Below, piece by piece: positions 12,071-46,575 of a stretch of DNA of 64,000 nucleotides. The notes below the pieces were generated by a model. The model was not told where the DNA came from and did no database searches. It was given only the letters and a program-made list of their open reading frames with translations. The translations under genes were made by a program, and so were the position numbers. The first letter of the stretch is position 1. Each line of letters opens with the position of its first letter. Source of the stretch: Chrysomallon squamiferum (lineage: Eukaryota > Animalia > Mollusca); the NCBI GenBank assembly GCA_012295275.1, contig CM022672.1, forward strand, positions 4,402,001 to 4,466,000, in the 5' to 3' direction.

Positions 12071-13787
12071 ATATTTCACTTAGATTACATTTTTTCGTGT
12101 GATTTTTGTTAAATGCGATCAAGTATATATAAATCCTAAACTTTTGTGCATTTAAATTCATTTCTGATCGTGTTTATGTTGAAGGGAAATAATTCTCCAT
12201 TCTACCATTTATTCAATACAATGTAAGTTATGTACCCAAGGGAGGTAATACAAATATCTATGGGAGATAATATTTTTGTTGTGAATGCCAAGTTGGTGAG
12301 TTTACCATTACGTTACTTTCATAAAATTATAATATAAATAACAGTATATTATTTGTTAAATATATATATATTTCTTTTAGGCAAGAGTTAGATCATTTCC
12401 ATAACGAAGAAAATATAATCAACTTGCAGTTCGTAACACTAAATAATATGACTACGACTGAGTTGTACTATTTAAGTACTTGTAATAGTAGTACAATACT
12501 AATACTAGCAATACAGTACATTGCCGTATCACTAGCATGTGACTACATAGCCTCACAGGCAACAGGTTCTGGAACAATATCATTGCAGCATAATAATAAC
12601 GCTATTAATTAAAATTGCAAGTGATTTTATTTATAACGATAGAGTAAGATTTAATCAAATTATCGTGTCAGTTTATTATGAAAAAGTTTACATCGTGAAT
12701 AGTCGTGATAGAACAGTCTACAGCACGTTTCACATGATGATGATTTCCAGACTCTTCAGTTTGTTGGTCCAAGTATAAAAATGATAAGATTGTCTAATAA
12801 CAAAGGGTTATAAAGTTGATATTCTAAATGGAAATAGAATTTTAAATGCATTTATTTTTATTAATATTATTAATTTTGTGTGTGTGTGTGTTCATTTTTT
12901 TTTTTTTTTTTTTTTTATTGAACTGTTATTTTTAAATCAAACTTTAAGTTACTGTTGTATCATTATCAGTTAATAATTGTTTCATATTTACATTCAGAAG
13001 ATGCTTGGAAATTGTTTCATTTTTATTATATTTTTCCAGTCTGCTTAATTATAATTATCAGTTATTTTAAATTTTGAAAACTAAATATATGTCTTTCATG
13101 ATTTTTTTTTCCAGGTTATTTATAATACTGAAGTACTGAAAACTGAAGTTAACAGTTAAATATGCACAAAACTAAAGCATATGTGTCATCATATGTAATG
13201 TTATTTGTTTCTTTGATTGCATTTGTAATACAGATATACACATACTGAAGACAACAAGACACACATACAGAAACACAGACATTCTCACACACATTATATG
13301 ATAATTTATTTCTGTAAAAAAAATATCAATTTAAACAATAATTATTTTTTTCAGATTTAATAATTTTAGATTAATATAATAATTATATATGTCTGACTTT
13401 TTGTTCCTGCTTTATATTTCTTTATACTTGTTTGTATAAATAATGCTATATGTGACATTACATAGATATCTACTTAAACCCATCACCAAAAAAACCCTGA
13501 AAACAAAAACAATACATTTACTTAACCGAAAATGTGTAACAATTTACTTTGATAATTTTTAGATTCTTAGATACAGAATAACAAGAAAATAAAAATTTAG
13601 AAATAAATGTTATTTTAGATGCATGTATTTATTTATTTATTTATTTTAAATTTTATGTATATAAGTAAGATTAAAACAATAAAAAGTAAGATTTACTAAT
13701 ATTGTGTAAAACTAAACATACATATTTAAATAAATCTATGTTTCTCTTGTATTCTCTAGTAAGTAATTTTAATATTCAATCTTTCAG

Positions 13788-16700
13788 GTACATAATGCAG
13801 GTGGATATGGATCTGAATTTGAATCAGATGCAGAAGAGAAGAAACGCAAGTGAGTTAACTTCACTGCTCAAATAAAACATCTTAAAACATCAATTATAAA
13901 TATTGTTGGCTTCCTGATATTCAAGTCAAATAATATTTCTTTAACCAAAAATTATAGATTTTGCTTCTGAGGTAATAAATATTTTGGATTATCCTTTTAG
14001 TATTAATTTCTGCAACAGCAAACTAAATACATACCAGTTAATTTCAGCTCCCAAATATATAGTAATATTCACAATAAACATACAAAACCCAGTGGCAGTA
14101 CACTAGTGAGTACTAAACATTAACTGTATACTTTATAAATACTGAATTATTAATTTATTGTTGTTGGGTTATTTTCTTCAGAATTTACAGTAAGAAATAT
14201 CCTGAATTATTTTAAGTGTTCTTTAATTTCTGATTATTCAGGGAGAGTTTCAAAAATCTTTTGTCTAAGAAAAGAAAAGGCACTGATGGAGTTCCTAAAA
14301 AGAGAGAAATGGAAGATGAATACATCAAGTTAGTAATTACAAATGTAAAACAAAAGTCTTGTTGTTTAAAGTATTTATTATGGAATAGTTTATAATTTAA
14401 ATTGTCAAGGATGAAAAAAAAAAAAATCCTTTTGACATTTACTATTTAAAATATTTAGTTTATTGTTTAAAATATAATAGTGGTACAAACTCATAACCTA
14501 GAGAAAAAAAAAAATATATATTCCTTCAAACTGTAGTTACATTTATTTCTTGTTAAAACATGCCAGTTGTAATAGTGTATATATATCTCAGATATATTTT
14601 ATATTCTTCTGAGTTACAGTTTGTGTGTTCTTGTTTCAGGGAGGAGGGGAAAATCTACAGGGTCCAGATTCTCAGCATGGATGCAGTATCCTTTATATTT
14701 AAAATTTTAATTTTATTTTAAAATTATTAATTGTCTTATTGATTAGATACGCTGCATAGAGTACACAGATTAAACACATTTTTTTATTTTATTTTATTTT
14801 AAACAGAAATAAAGAGTAGTATCTTCCCATTTTATGTTTGATTTTTTGTATTTTTTTGTACTTGGTATCAGCTAAATATTATCAAATATTTATGACAGAG
14901 TTTTCAGTTTGTGATTTTCTGTACAGATAATATCTAACCAGTGTGGGCAAAATGTATGTTGTTTTACATATTTTCACATGTAAACAAATAAATATGTTGC
15001 CAGCATTTTTAATACAATCACATAGTCCATAATGCCATTATTTATATGAGCCTGTATATTTTAATTAAGAAACTATTACAATTCCTTGATGTATTTTCTC
15101 AGTTTGCACGACACAAAAAGTTTATCAATGATTACCTGTTGTATTATGGTGGACGAAAAGATGATCTGAAAAGAGATACGTAAGTAAATTAAATTTATGA
15201 TAAATATTGGTGATAAGAAAGAAAATTAAAAATTCTAAAACAATAATGTGAACAATAAGGGGGAAAATATTTTATATATATATGTATTTGTATGAATGTG
15301 AATGTGTTTTCAGTGCATGTGTGTATTATGTCTGTATATGTTGCATGCAAATTTTCAAAAACTTCTAAATATTGCTTTTTCACTCATTAAATGTTACTCT
15401 TGCTGTGATTTCATTGATTATGATGTTCATGAATTAGTTTTGTTTTCAGATCAAAAGATAAAACAGATTTTGATGTAATACGTGAAAATCACAGATTTTT
15501 ATGGGATGAAGATGATGAATTGGAAGAAACTTGGTAAGTAATCATTCTTGCAAAAACCAGATCATACAGAATTTTCACATTAGTCTGGGTATTTGTATCA
15601 GGAGCAATGGTGAACAAACCGAATTCTTGTTAGGAAAAAAACAACTTTTACAAATTATATTTTTATTATTTATCAGACTAGAGGCAACCCATTCATATTT
15701 AACTCTTTGATTATGGAAGTCTGATGGACAAGTAACTTAAATTAATCAGAGAGACTGTTTCTTTGGCCATATGTTATGTTTTTATTTTTATTTGTATACT
15801 GCACACAATTCACTTTATTTTTATCATCTTTTATAGGGAAACCAAACTGGCAAAAAAATACTATGACAAACTGTTCAAAGAATACTGCATAGCTGATCTT
15901 AGTAAATACAAAGAGAATAAGGTATAATTCTGATTTAGTTAATATTTAATTTATGTGATACTGTTATTGGGAACATAGAAGGTCTGGAAGACCCTGTTGA
16001 GGATGATATCAATTTTACCTGTTTAGAAACATCTGTCTATAAATGCAAGAAATACTTCATTTTTATTTTTATATGTATTAGAGCATCATGCACAGATTTT
16101 TAATCTCATTTCAAAAGATTTAATTTCACAAAAATCTGAATAATCTTTTAGTACCCAGAATATTGACATTCTTATCTCTCCTGATTTTTGAATTCATTTT
16201 GTAATTTTTATCTAGATTTTCAGTTCTTTGTTATAGTTACCTTTGTTTGACCAGCATATATTTTTTTTAAATATGTATTTATTTGTATTCAAGTTTTAAA
16301 AATAATTACTATACATTTTAGGAATAATCAATTAATTATAAGGTATTTTATTAAAATTATTCTGAATTGGTTTCTTACCTTTTTTAAATATATTTTTGTT
16401 ATGTTTTTCAGATTGGGATGAGATGGAGAATAGAAAAAGAAGTGGTTGAGGGAAAAGGTAAATGTTTATATGTAAATTAAAGGTTATTCAGACCCAGTAC
16501 AATGAAAACTAGGGTATGAATGATAGTAATCACAAAATTTAAAATTCTAAATATTTTACATTAAGCTTGTGTTAAAGTACTCTGTGGCATTGGGAACAAA
16601 CTATGAAAACATGTTTTGATGAGGAATAAAGGATCAGTGTTTATGAATACCTATCTAAAGACTCATTATTTAAACATATTCAACTTTATTATCATAACAT

Positions 16701-18609
16701 TATTTTGTTTTTCTCTGTGTATTTTTTAAAACACACACACACACATGCACACACAAAATAACAACAACAAAAAAAAAAACCCCAAAAGAACCCACAAATA
16801 AACAAAACCAAAACCCACCCATGAATTACATTTCCAGGTCAATTTATATGTGACCGTAAAAATCACAGTCAACTTTATTATCATAATTGATTGTTATTTT
16901 TGGGGTGTTTTTTTTTGTTACTTTTTCAGGTCAGTTTATCTGTGGCAACAAAAAATGTTCAGTAACAGAAAATCTGAAGAGCTGGGAGGTAAATTTTGGC
17001 TATCTAGAACATGGACAGAAGAAAAATGCTCTTGTGAAACTCAGTAAGTTTAACACCATTGTACTGGTCTCTCAGAAAAACAAACAGGACTGCTGCAGAG
17101 CTTGCTGCAGAATTTTTTATTATTAACAGCAAATATTTTCATCATAAAATATTGTCGGTTTATTCCAGGATTTTGTTTTTTTAAATTCAGATCTTGAAAT
17201 TTTAACAATAAATTTGCCTTAGACATGTTATTTTTATTTTTTTGTTTTTACATTACATATTTTCATAATTGTATGTGTTGATGTGCAGCTATAAGTTATA
17301 TAATACTTAAATTCTAATCTGAACATTCTTTTTTTTTAGGATTGTGTGCAGATTGTTCCTACAGACTGAACTATCATCACAAGTATGTAATTAACACTAG
17401 AAATTTAATAAAATATTTTGGATATTTCAGATTTTGTAAAAAAATATTTTGAAGTTTCTGTTGACTAATGAAAATACCTAACATGGAAATATTTTACTAA
17501 TTTAGTTGCATATAAATAATAATGAGAAAATATTTGTCATAAATGAACATCATATTCCTTTTTATTTTGTTTTGTTTTGAATTTTTACAGAAGAAAAGAA
17601 ATTCTGCCAAAGAAGAAACAGAAGAAGATGGTAGAAGATGGACAACCTGAACATAAGAAACTTAAACCACAATTAGAAAAAGGTTTGTTCTTGTCATTTA
17701 TTGATAGGAAGACATGATAACCAAAAAATTAGAAAGAACAGTGAGCTTTTGTTGTTGATAGATTAGTCTATTTTTTCCATTTTCTCTTGGACCACAATTT
17801 AACAAACAGGCTTATTTATGCCCATGATGTATGCATGCATTCTTGTTAATGGCATAATGTATGTAAACGATCCCAAGCTACTTTAATGTAGAAATAAACA
17901 TTAATAATTCATTTATATATTCAGAAAACTCTGCAGTATTATTAAGTTGTTGATTAACATCAGAATTAGAAAATTCTAGATTTTTTTCTTTTTATATTTT
18001 ATGGATGTTCCTATTATAAATAAAATTTGTAATAGTCCCCACTGCCAAAAAAATACAGGTTGAATAAACAACAAAAGAAATAAAGCTTGTTTGCATTTAA
18101 CATATATTTCTTCAGATCAAGAAGAGGAGCCAAAACATTCTACGAAAGATTCTTCAAGTGGAGGTAACTCTGAATCACAGGAAGAGACAGTCTGGAGTGG
18201 ACCAGTGAAATTAGTTGAAGATAAATCGAGGTTTGTTGACATGTCCTCTTTGGCAATAAAGAAAAATGTAAAAATTAAAAAAAAAAAAAATAATAATAAT
18301 TATTATTATAGAAATAGATAAATAGCTTATTCATTTCTAAATCTCTCTTAAACAACATTGCTTGTGAAAGTGTTACTTTCCTAACCTATTTAATAAGGTC
18401 ACTAATAGATCAGTTTTATTCCTGGATGCATGTCAAAAATCAGCTTTACAAAAGTATCTTAAAATTCTTTTTGAATTTTATATTTAAAATTATTTTAATG
18501 ACAGCCATTTTCATTTATTAGATAGATGAATATAATGCTTTGTAAATGCTTTCATTTTTATTTTAGGGAAGAAGAATTTGATGACTATTTTGAAGACATG
18601 TTTTTATGA
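13788..18609 (+). CDS. FRA10AC1: FRA10AC1 homolog (spliceosome-associated protein), 12 coding exons; ATG exon not securely identified
   Basis: Exons 13788-13849, 14242-14328, 14640-14685, 15103-15179, 15450-15533, 15837-15921, 16412-16457, 16930-17043, 17340-17382, 17591-17682, 18116-18230, 18567-18609 join in consistent phases (894 nt). They give GGYGSEFESD...MDAFARHKKFINDYLLYYGG...DKTDFDVIRENHRFLW...KLAKKYYDKLFKEYCIADLSKYKENKIGMRWRIEKEVVEGKGQFICGNK...LKSWEVNFGYLEHGQKKNALVKLRLCADCSYRLNYHH...EEEFDDYFEDMFL*, matching the human FRA10AC1 sequence as I recall it. A candidate first exon is ATG 12734 to caa|gtataa at 12772 (uncertain). Confidence 0.95.
14686..15102 (+). other. U12-type (minor spliceosome) GT-AG intron in FRA10AC1
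   Basis: 5' splice site GTATCCTTT at 14686. Branch point TTCCTTGAT at 15082-15090, 12 nt before the end of the intron (AG 15101-15102). Flanking exons join in frame (MDA|FARH). Confidence 0.88.
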
Positions 18610-20463
18610 AGAATTTTGTGTTTGTTGGACTGGCATCAAGAAAACATTCAGAAAATCTTCATCACTATCATCCTGAGTGAAAATGAACACATGAAAAAAG
18701 GAAAAAATAAAAATAAAAATATTGAAAGAAAACAAAAACAAAAACAACAACAACAAACAAAAATTCTAAGTCAGTTTATCAGTGAACCACTTGAAATATG
18801 AAAAGGTTTATAGAAGATGCTGAAGATGAATCAAACTGATTTTCATAATTTGAGGGAATAAGATAATAATTTAGGAAAGTTGATGACATTAAGTGTCTTG
18901 TCATCCACCTATCTGATAAAGAATGTACAGCATGTAACTAACAGCTGTTCAAGTAACTACATGACATAGCAGTAGTTGGTCTTTGCATATGTTAACCTGA
19001 ATATCCATGTAGTTGACTATGCCTGTATGTGTCAAGATTAATGATCAGTGGCCAGAGAAATATATATATGTTTTTTTTTTTTTTCACTTCAACAACTGTA
19101 TAATTATGAGCATTTTATTGTCAGATACACACCTTGTAAAAATGAATTAGAATTTAAAATCTTCAAAATAACCGAATGTTGGATTTAAACAATTTATTTT
19201 TATTTTCTTTTTTCTAAATCATGAAGAACTAAACTACAGCATTAAGAATTGCTATTTTTAACATAGTTCAGTTAAATATTATTTATTTTATTTTACTGCA
19301 GCTTTTTATTAAAAACTAAACAGGAAAAGAAAAAAAAAAAAAAAAAAAACAAACAAACCAAAAAAAAGAAAAAAAAAGAGATTATTGTTGCTGAAAGATA
19401 ACATGTTATGATTAAATCAGATGTTATGCCATAAAGAGTTTTTGTTTTTTATTGAAATATTCAACATGGATATGAAAAATGATGATAAAATCAACAGCTG
19501 TGACTGTTCATACAGATTTAAATAAAAACATTATAAAGGTATTTTATATTTCTTAATACATCTTAACCATGCGAGTGTTGTTAATCCAGCAGCCCCTGGT
19601 AAAAAAAAAAAAAAAAAAAAAAAAAAAGTTAAAAGAAAATAATAACACTATTACACATTTTCAGTGCTCTTACAACAAATAAATTAGTGATCATTAATTG
19701 AGCAATACAATATAATTTCAACACCATAACACCAATCCATCATTCCCATTCCTGTCGACAAATCTCGTTCTTTTGAGCAAACACTGAAACAGGTTAACCG
19801 TCATGAAACCCCAGCATTGATTCAATAAACATAAAAATATATAATAATATTGATGAAAATATATTTATTGGGAAATCATAAATTCTGAACCATTTAATAA
19901 GAATTAATCAGAAACTAATAAAATAAAACGATACTTAAAGTTTAACGGGAAAAGTCGAAGATTATCGTATGGTGGGTGATGCTCTTTTCACAAAGGTCTA
20001 AATTACTTTCACTCGCAGTCGGTTTGGCGATTTTGGTTATCGATACTAAATATTATGAGAAATAAACGTTCTGAAAGTATGGTTGTGCAACTTGTTTTAT
20101 GTCAGAAGATGGTATATGTTATTAAATAATGTAGAAGTTCTTTCACAATTTCAGGTAATTTCCATCTCCTAATTTTAATAACAATTTCAGTATCATTAAG
20201 TTGAATAACTGACGTCAGATTAAGATTTCATGATTTCGAAAGCAACTCGTCAAGGACTCATTTTTTTGATGTGTGTATTTTCGGGTTTACAGTTAGAAGC
20301 TGACTTGGATCCAATATTTCAGTTTGTGTAAAGGTGTTTATGGTATTTTATGTCTTTCTTTTTAAAAATGTATTTGTACATTTTATATATCTGTTAGTCC
20401 AGCGCCTTTATAAAATTCATAAAGGCTGAAAGATTAACGTAGCAATAAAATTAATTAATTTAA

Positions 20464-20529
<66 letters not shown>

Positions 20530-20639
20530 AAGAAGAAAATAAAAAATATAATAAATTAAAATAATAAAATACTACTAAAAACAGGAAATATACATATATT
20601 TATAAAGAAAAAATTATTGTTTTACAGATTTCACTTGGG

Positions 20640-23600
20640 ATGGAGATCACATTTCTTGGAACAGCATCAGCTTATCCAACTCCTGCAAGGGGTGTCTCAT
20701 GCACTGCCCTGAGGACTGGTAAATAAAACATACAATTATACATCATTTATATTTATGGTACTTAAAGATTTCCTTATTTAAAAAAACATTTTAGAAGTGT
20801 TATTTTAAAAAAAATTATTTTACTGTTAAATTATTCCCATTTATTAATTTATATTATACAACTAATTTTGGAAAATGATCAAATTAAATTAATTAATTTA
20901 TTGTTCTTTCATTTCATTTGTGTTTTGTACTTGTTGTTTGTAAAGCCATGGCAGGACAGATTGAAGGCTGCATTAAATAAGAATCTCCATTTTTATAAAT
21001 TCAAATCAAATAATTATTTAGTTTACCATCCCTTTGTTTTCTCACTGGCTATTTATTTGTGCATGATAGATTTTATTCTTAATTTTTGGAATAGTAGTAG
21101 TGAGTATTTTACTACAACACTGTTTTGTAGATGACTTGTGTTGGCTCTTTGATTGTGGTGAAGGGTCACAAATACAACTAATGAGAAGCTCACTTAGACC
21201 TGGCAAGATTGGGAAAATATTCATTTCTCATCTGCATGGTGACCATGTATGTTATAAACCTGAAATATACATTATTTCATATGTTAGTTTTAGACTGTTT
21301 GTTATCTGTATGAATATTGTCATATAAAACATCTCACTATTTTATATTTACTATTATTAAATACTTTTTTTTAAAGGGTAAAATAAAATTTATTATTATT
21401 ATAATTTTTTTTTATACATTTATTATTATTTTTATTATTATTATTATCATTTTTTTAATATATTTTTTGTTATTATTATTATTATGAAGATTATATTTTT
21501 TTTTCTTCAGTGTTTTGGTCTTCCAGGATTGATGTGTACAATAAGTCAGAACAGCCAACGCACAGAGCCAGTTGAACTGTATGGACCTCTTGGTTTGAGA
21601 AAATTCATCCGCATAGCACTTGAACTTTCAAGATCAGAACTGGCTTTTGAATACATTGTTCATGAAATGGAGCCAGTTGATGAGCAGCTACCACCAAACT
21701 GGAAGGTGATGTCAGAAAGCTTTAAATGTTGTCTTGGATTTTTGATTATAAAAGAAACAACTAAAAACTGTTCAAATTGTATATAGTGTTTTACTTTGTG
21801 AAAATAGAAATGGATATTTTTTTTTTTTTTTTTTAAATAATATTTAATATAAAACATAAATTAAAAAAAAAGTGACATAATAACAAGGTAATAGCAGAAA
21901 TGTCCACTATGGTGTTATTATGGAGTTTTATGTATGACTCATTTGTAACTGATAAAATAGTAATGTTGTTAGTATGGAGTTTAATGTATGACTCATTGGA
22001 ACTGATAAAATAGTAATGTTATGTTTTATTCATGTGGTAAATATGAATTTGTTTGCAGGACTGGGAGGTGGATCATGAAGCCAATGATAAATGTCATCCT
22101 AATGAGAAAGCTGGAAGACGAATTGCACCTGACTCAGATGGATTGTACAGACTGTAAGTAAACAAATCTTAATTGTTTGTGAAAAACAGTAATTGTTTTA
22201 CAAATTTATAAACATTTCTTTTAATTACTGAAGGCAGTTTTAAGTAAAATTCACATAGGCAGGTCAAATTCAAAGTAACTTTGATTCAGTATATATATAT
22301 ATATATATGTTTTAATTGAATTTTTGCATTTCCATCAAGGTTTGAAGACAATAAAATAACTGTTGTTGGAGTATGGCTCAAGCATCGAATTCCATCTTTT
22401 GGATTTGTCATTCAAGAGAAACCATTGCCAGGCAAGTGAGTGAATAGTAGCCACAGAAGTAAAAAGTAAAATGGACTCTGTTCTTGTTGGGTTTAATTAT
22501 TAATTATTTTTGGAATATCTGTAGAGAAATGTTTAAACAAAAAAACAACAAAATAAATTGACATTGCCTCCTTGGTGAAAAGTTTTAATTTTATTTTTAG
22601 GAGCAAAAGAATCTTGATATTTTTCATTTAATATTCTGCCATATTTTTGAATTAAAATAATGAAATAAAATAAAATAAAAATATCAATTATAAATGAAGT
22701 TCTTTGCAAATAAAATGATAATTGATTTGATTTAGTAATGGATGATTTCAGGTTTGATGTGGAAGCTGCCAAAAAGAGAGGAGTACCAACTGGGAAACTG
22801 TTTGGCAAACTCAAGTCAGGGGAGACAATTGTACTGGAAAATGGAACTGAGGTTCATGTCTTTATGTCTTTTGTTTTAATTTTATTTTTAGAACTTAAGA
22901 GAGAAAATATTACATAATTCTAAGTTTGAAATAATTGTATTTCTTTTGAGTTTATGTTTTCCTCAGGATTTTTTTTTCTTGTTTATTGTTACATTTTTGA
23001 CAGAATAAAACAATAAATGAAGAAATATATTTATGACATACTTAAACTTCCATTATGTATGTAGATGTACTCTTACTCACACATACACACACGTGCGAGG
23101 ATTAATGTCAAAGAATCTCTCTCTGCTGTCCCATAGGAAAGAAAGCAAATAATACAGCCTTTGATACACTAACTCTCTGGGCTTGTAGAGAATATGCCCA
23201 CTGCAATTATTTTATGTTTGTTTATTTTTGTGATTGTTCAACAAAATTGTAGGTGAAACCTGAAGAAGTTGTTGGACCAAATCGCCCTGGTCGCAAGATA
23301 ATCATTCTAGGAGACACCAAAGATTCCTCGCAACTCCTTAAAGTGGGCAAAGGAGCCGATGTGTTGATTCATGAAGCAACTGTGGAGAATTCCTTAGTTG
23401 AAAAAGCTCTGGAAAATGGACATTCCACACCAGGCTAGTCTATATAGCTACATTCACAACTGTTCCATACTTCTTTTATTGGCGATCAGTTCGCTAAAGC
23501 AGTTTTTGTTGACCTTTTCAAAACCTTGTATAACTGATACATTTCACATAATATCTGCGAATGGCTGAAAATGTTTGAACTTACCTGAATTTTTATTTCT

Positions 23601-24576
23601 TAATTGATTTTGTTAGGAGAGTAATTCTAGCAGGTCTTGTACTTGTAATGTAGTAACAAAAAACATTTATATTGTAATCTATTTTTTAGATTGTTTTATT
23701 TGATTATTAGTAGTAACTAAACAGAAAAACTGCAGCATCTGTAATCATTTTAAAGCTATTATTTTATTTTATATTTCAAACACAGGTAACAAATTTCAGT
23801 CAAATTAAATCTTAATTTGGAAGTGTACAAAATATATTTAACCTAATTGTTGGTATAATTTTAAAATACTATTTACCATTACATAAAAGTTTTTTAAATG
23901 GATAATCCTGTTTTTTAATTCTTCTTTAATAAAAAAAAACTTACAGGTTTTGGAACAGACTTCTATTAATATTTGTCAATGTCAAGGCTAATAATTTTAG
24001 TTGGTGGTTTCCTTTTCAGCAATGGCTGCTAAAGTGTGTCAAGATCTAGGAGTGAAACAACTGATTATAACACATTTCAGTCAAAGATACAAACCTTTGT
24101 CATCAGAAGTTAAGGTAATAGTAGCAAAAATAAATATTAAAAATATTTTTAACATTTTCCTCTATAACTCCATTATGCCTCCGGCAGATATCACACTACT
24201 TAATTTTAGCCCACACCTTGATGCACCTGCCAAACATTCTAGAAAACCCATGTTTCAGTGAACAGTGGCATGTGAGGGTGAAAAATAATATAAAATTGAA
24301 GTTGTAAGTTAGGCATACATCAGTAAAGAAACATTAATAGTACTGGGAGAACGTGTATTTATTTTCATGTTTGTTTTACTTGGCAGCTTCATTCACAGAC
24401 CTTCTTGCCTCCTCTATTTCAATCTGTTTCATTGGTTTTTATTTTTATTTAATTCCCAGAAAGGTGAAGATTCAGTTCGCATTCTGTTACAAGAGGCTGA
24501 AGATGTGTTGGGGAAGAATTCTGTGATATGTGCTGAAGACTTCACAGTGTACACAGTTCCACAGAAAAGTTCCTGA
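20640..24576 (+). CDS. ELAC1: Zinc phosphodiesterase ELAC1 / short-form RNase Z (metallo-beta-lactamase fold), 9 coding exons, about 357 aa
   Basis: Exons 20640-20718, 21131-21246, 21511-21705, 22059-22153, 22340-22435, 22752-22851, 23253-23433, 24020-24114, 24460-24576 (1074 nt). Motifs: [46 protein letters not shown] (HxHxDH), HRIPSFGF, exosite arm [44 protein letters not shown]. Confidence 0.95.
21919..22020. repeat. Tandem duplication of about 50 bp in ELAC1 intron 3
   Basis: TATGGAGTTT(T/A)ATGTATGACTCATT..AACTGATAAAATAGTAATGTT occurs twice (21919-21967 and 21973-22020). Confidence 0.85.
23434..24019 (+). other. GC-AG intron (ELAC1 intron 7)
   Basis: Exon 7 ends CCA G|gctagt and read-through hits TAG at once. 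The next exon begins ttttcag|CA ATG GCT, so only the GC donor restores the conserved GHSTPxMAA. Confidence 0.8.
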
Positions 24577-25330
24577 TTTTAACTTTGCTATTTAAAAATG
24601 TTATTTCTACCTCACCAGGTTATTTTGAGGTACAATTTTTGAAACCTTGTTTAAGAGAGGTGCACAGCATTCCTGTTTGTGATGTAAAAAAAAAAAAAAA
24701 AAAGGAAAAATGTATTAAAAGTAAACCAAATACATATGTGATAGAATTTGTAAAGATTTTCCCTGTGAATCTTGTTTTGATTATTGTTAATGTCAGTGAT
24801 CTGTATATTTGTTGTTTGTCTTTTTTAGAATTTATGTTGGAATATCAAATTAAAAATGGTTTAAAAGCAGGCCTGTATTTCATGCATAAAGTAATTCAGG
24901 TGTCAAATAAAACTTTATTTTATTGTACAGTTCTGAATACCGTTTCATCATTAATTTTTTAATGTAGATATATGTTGGTGTGTAAAAATAGAATTTATCT
25001 GAATAATTTGTTTTTGTAATTTTTTTTACTTTCTATCAATAAAAAGGTAAAGACAGTACAAAAACAACAAAAAAAAAACAAGCTAGAATTGTGAGAGTTT
25101 TTTTGGTTTTATTAATAGAATATTTTCAGGGAAATGCTGAAACAACAATTTTTGGTTTATTTTTATTGAGAGTATATTTTAAAGAAATATTAAACGAATA
25201 TTTAAACATGGATTATACCTCATTTCATCTATATTGTGTATTATTATCATTGTTTACCATCCTGTAGTGGAAATGTTTACAACAAATTTATGACAAAATT
25301 TCAGTGAGTTACAGTTCTTGCAGCATCTCA

Positions 25331-25383
25331 GGTTTTACGATGTATCCATGTGGTTTTACGATGTATCCATGTGTTTTTACGAT
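25331..25383. repeat. 21-bp tandem repeat, about 2.5 copies
   Basis: GGTTTTACGATGTATCCATGT unit. Confidence 0.85.
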
Positions 25384-26585
25384 TGTCAGAACCTATACAG
25401 TCCTAGATGATGTTCAGCTATTTAAAATAAGAGAGAGACAAATAAAAATTAAAAAAAAATTAAAGTAATAATCTAATTGCAGTTCATTTAATTGAATGCA
25501 ATTTATTATAAATATATAATTACAAAAATAAAAATCTAATTCATACAGCAGCAGTTCATTGTTAAATTAAACCAGTAAATAATCAGAATTATTCTACATT
25601 GTCAGATTTCAAATTACTTTATAATATCAGCTAAAATCGCATGGCATTGGCATTGTGATTGTGTACAAATCAATCCCACACGAAATTTTTTGAATATACA
25701 TCTTAAATCAAGAAATTTTTATGCACCATAAATAATAAAAATATGCAGTAACAGTCGTCGAATTTTAAAATTATGTCCGTTTAGACTGTTCTTTTCTGAT
25801 TAACCAGAATCGCACTATCACTTGTATCAGTATATGATAGCGCTTGGTCGTTGGTTTCATCCATACGTAAAACAATGTGCATACCTTGAACCAATAGCAA
25901 AAGTAATAAAGTAATCACATCGACATTTTATATAACCAACAAGATACTGACGCAACGTTTAATTACAAGTTAAGATAGTGTTCAACTTGCAATACATACA
26001 CATTGACGAATGTTGCATTGACATAATAGTATTATGAGTATACCATATTATCATATATAATTTTTTTTTAATTTGATTTTTTTTTTTTTTTTTTTTTTTA
26101 CAAAAACATAAATCCTTTTAATTAATTTTTTTTGATAAATGAACAAGTTAAATTAATAATGAACCGTATACATTTACGATGATGAATCGATGATTTAATT
26201 AATCAGTCATTCAATGTCGTATAATAAACTGTTAAAAATATTATGCTTTTCATTTTTAAAATTATTACTATTATTTTTATTACACGTAGTTGTCATTTGT
26301 GTGTAAACAATTTTTCTTCATTGCCAAACTGTTTGTCGAACGCGTAAAATGTTTAGTTCTTTATGCATCTACGTACAGGAAATTGAAACTGCGAGACTAG
26401 ACGAATATCTTTCAAGTTACTCCGCTTCGCATGACATTTAGCCAAAGAATGATATTAGTCAATCACTCGTGACATCCGTAATTCTCTGTTTTCAGTTGTA
26501 TTGTAAATGAAAAAAATCATGAAATGCTGTATGTTACCTGCAAATGAAATGAATTTAATTTAGGTTATATATTCTGATAGTTTAA

Positions 26586-46575
<19,990 letters not shown>

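Noticed and set aside
25331-25383. Short direct repeats as a CRISPR-like array
   Set aside because: Contiguous tandem units without spacers, in a eukaryotic context.
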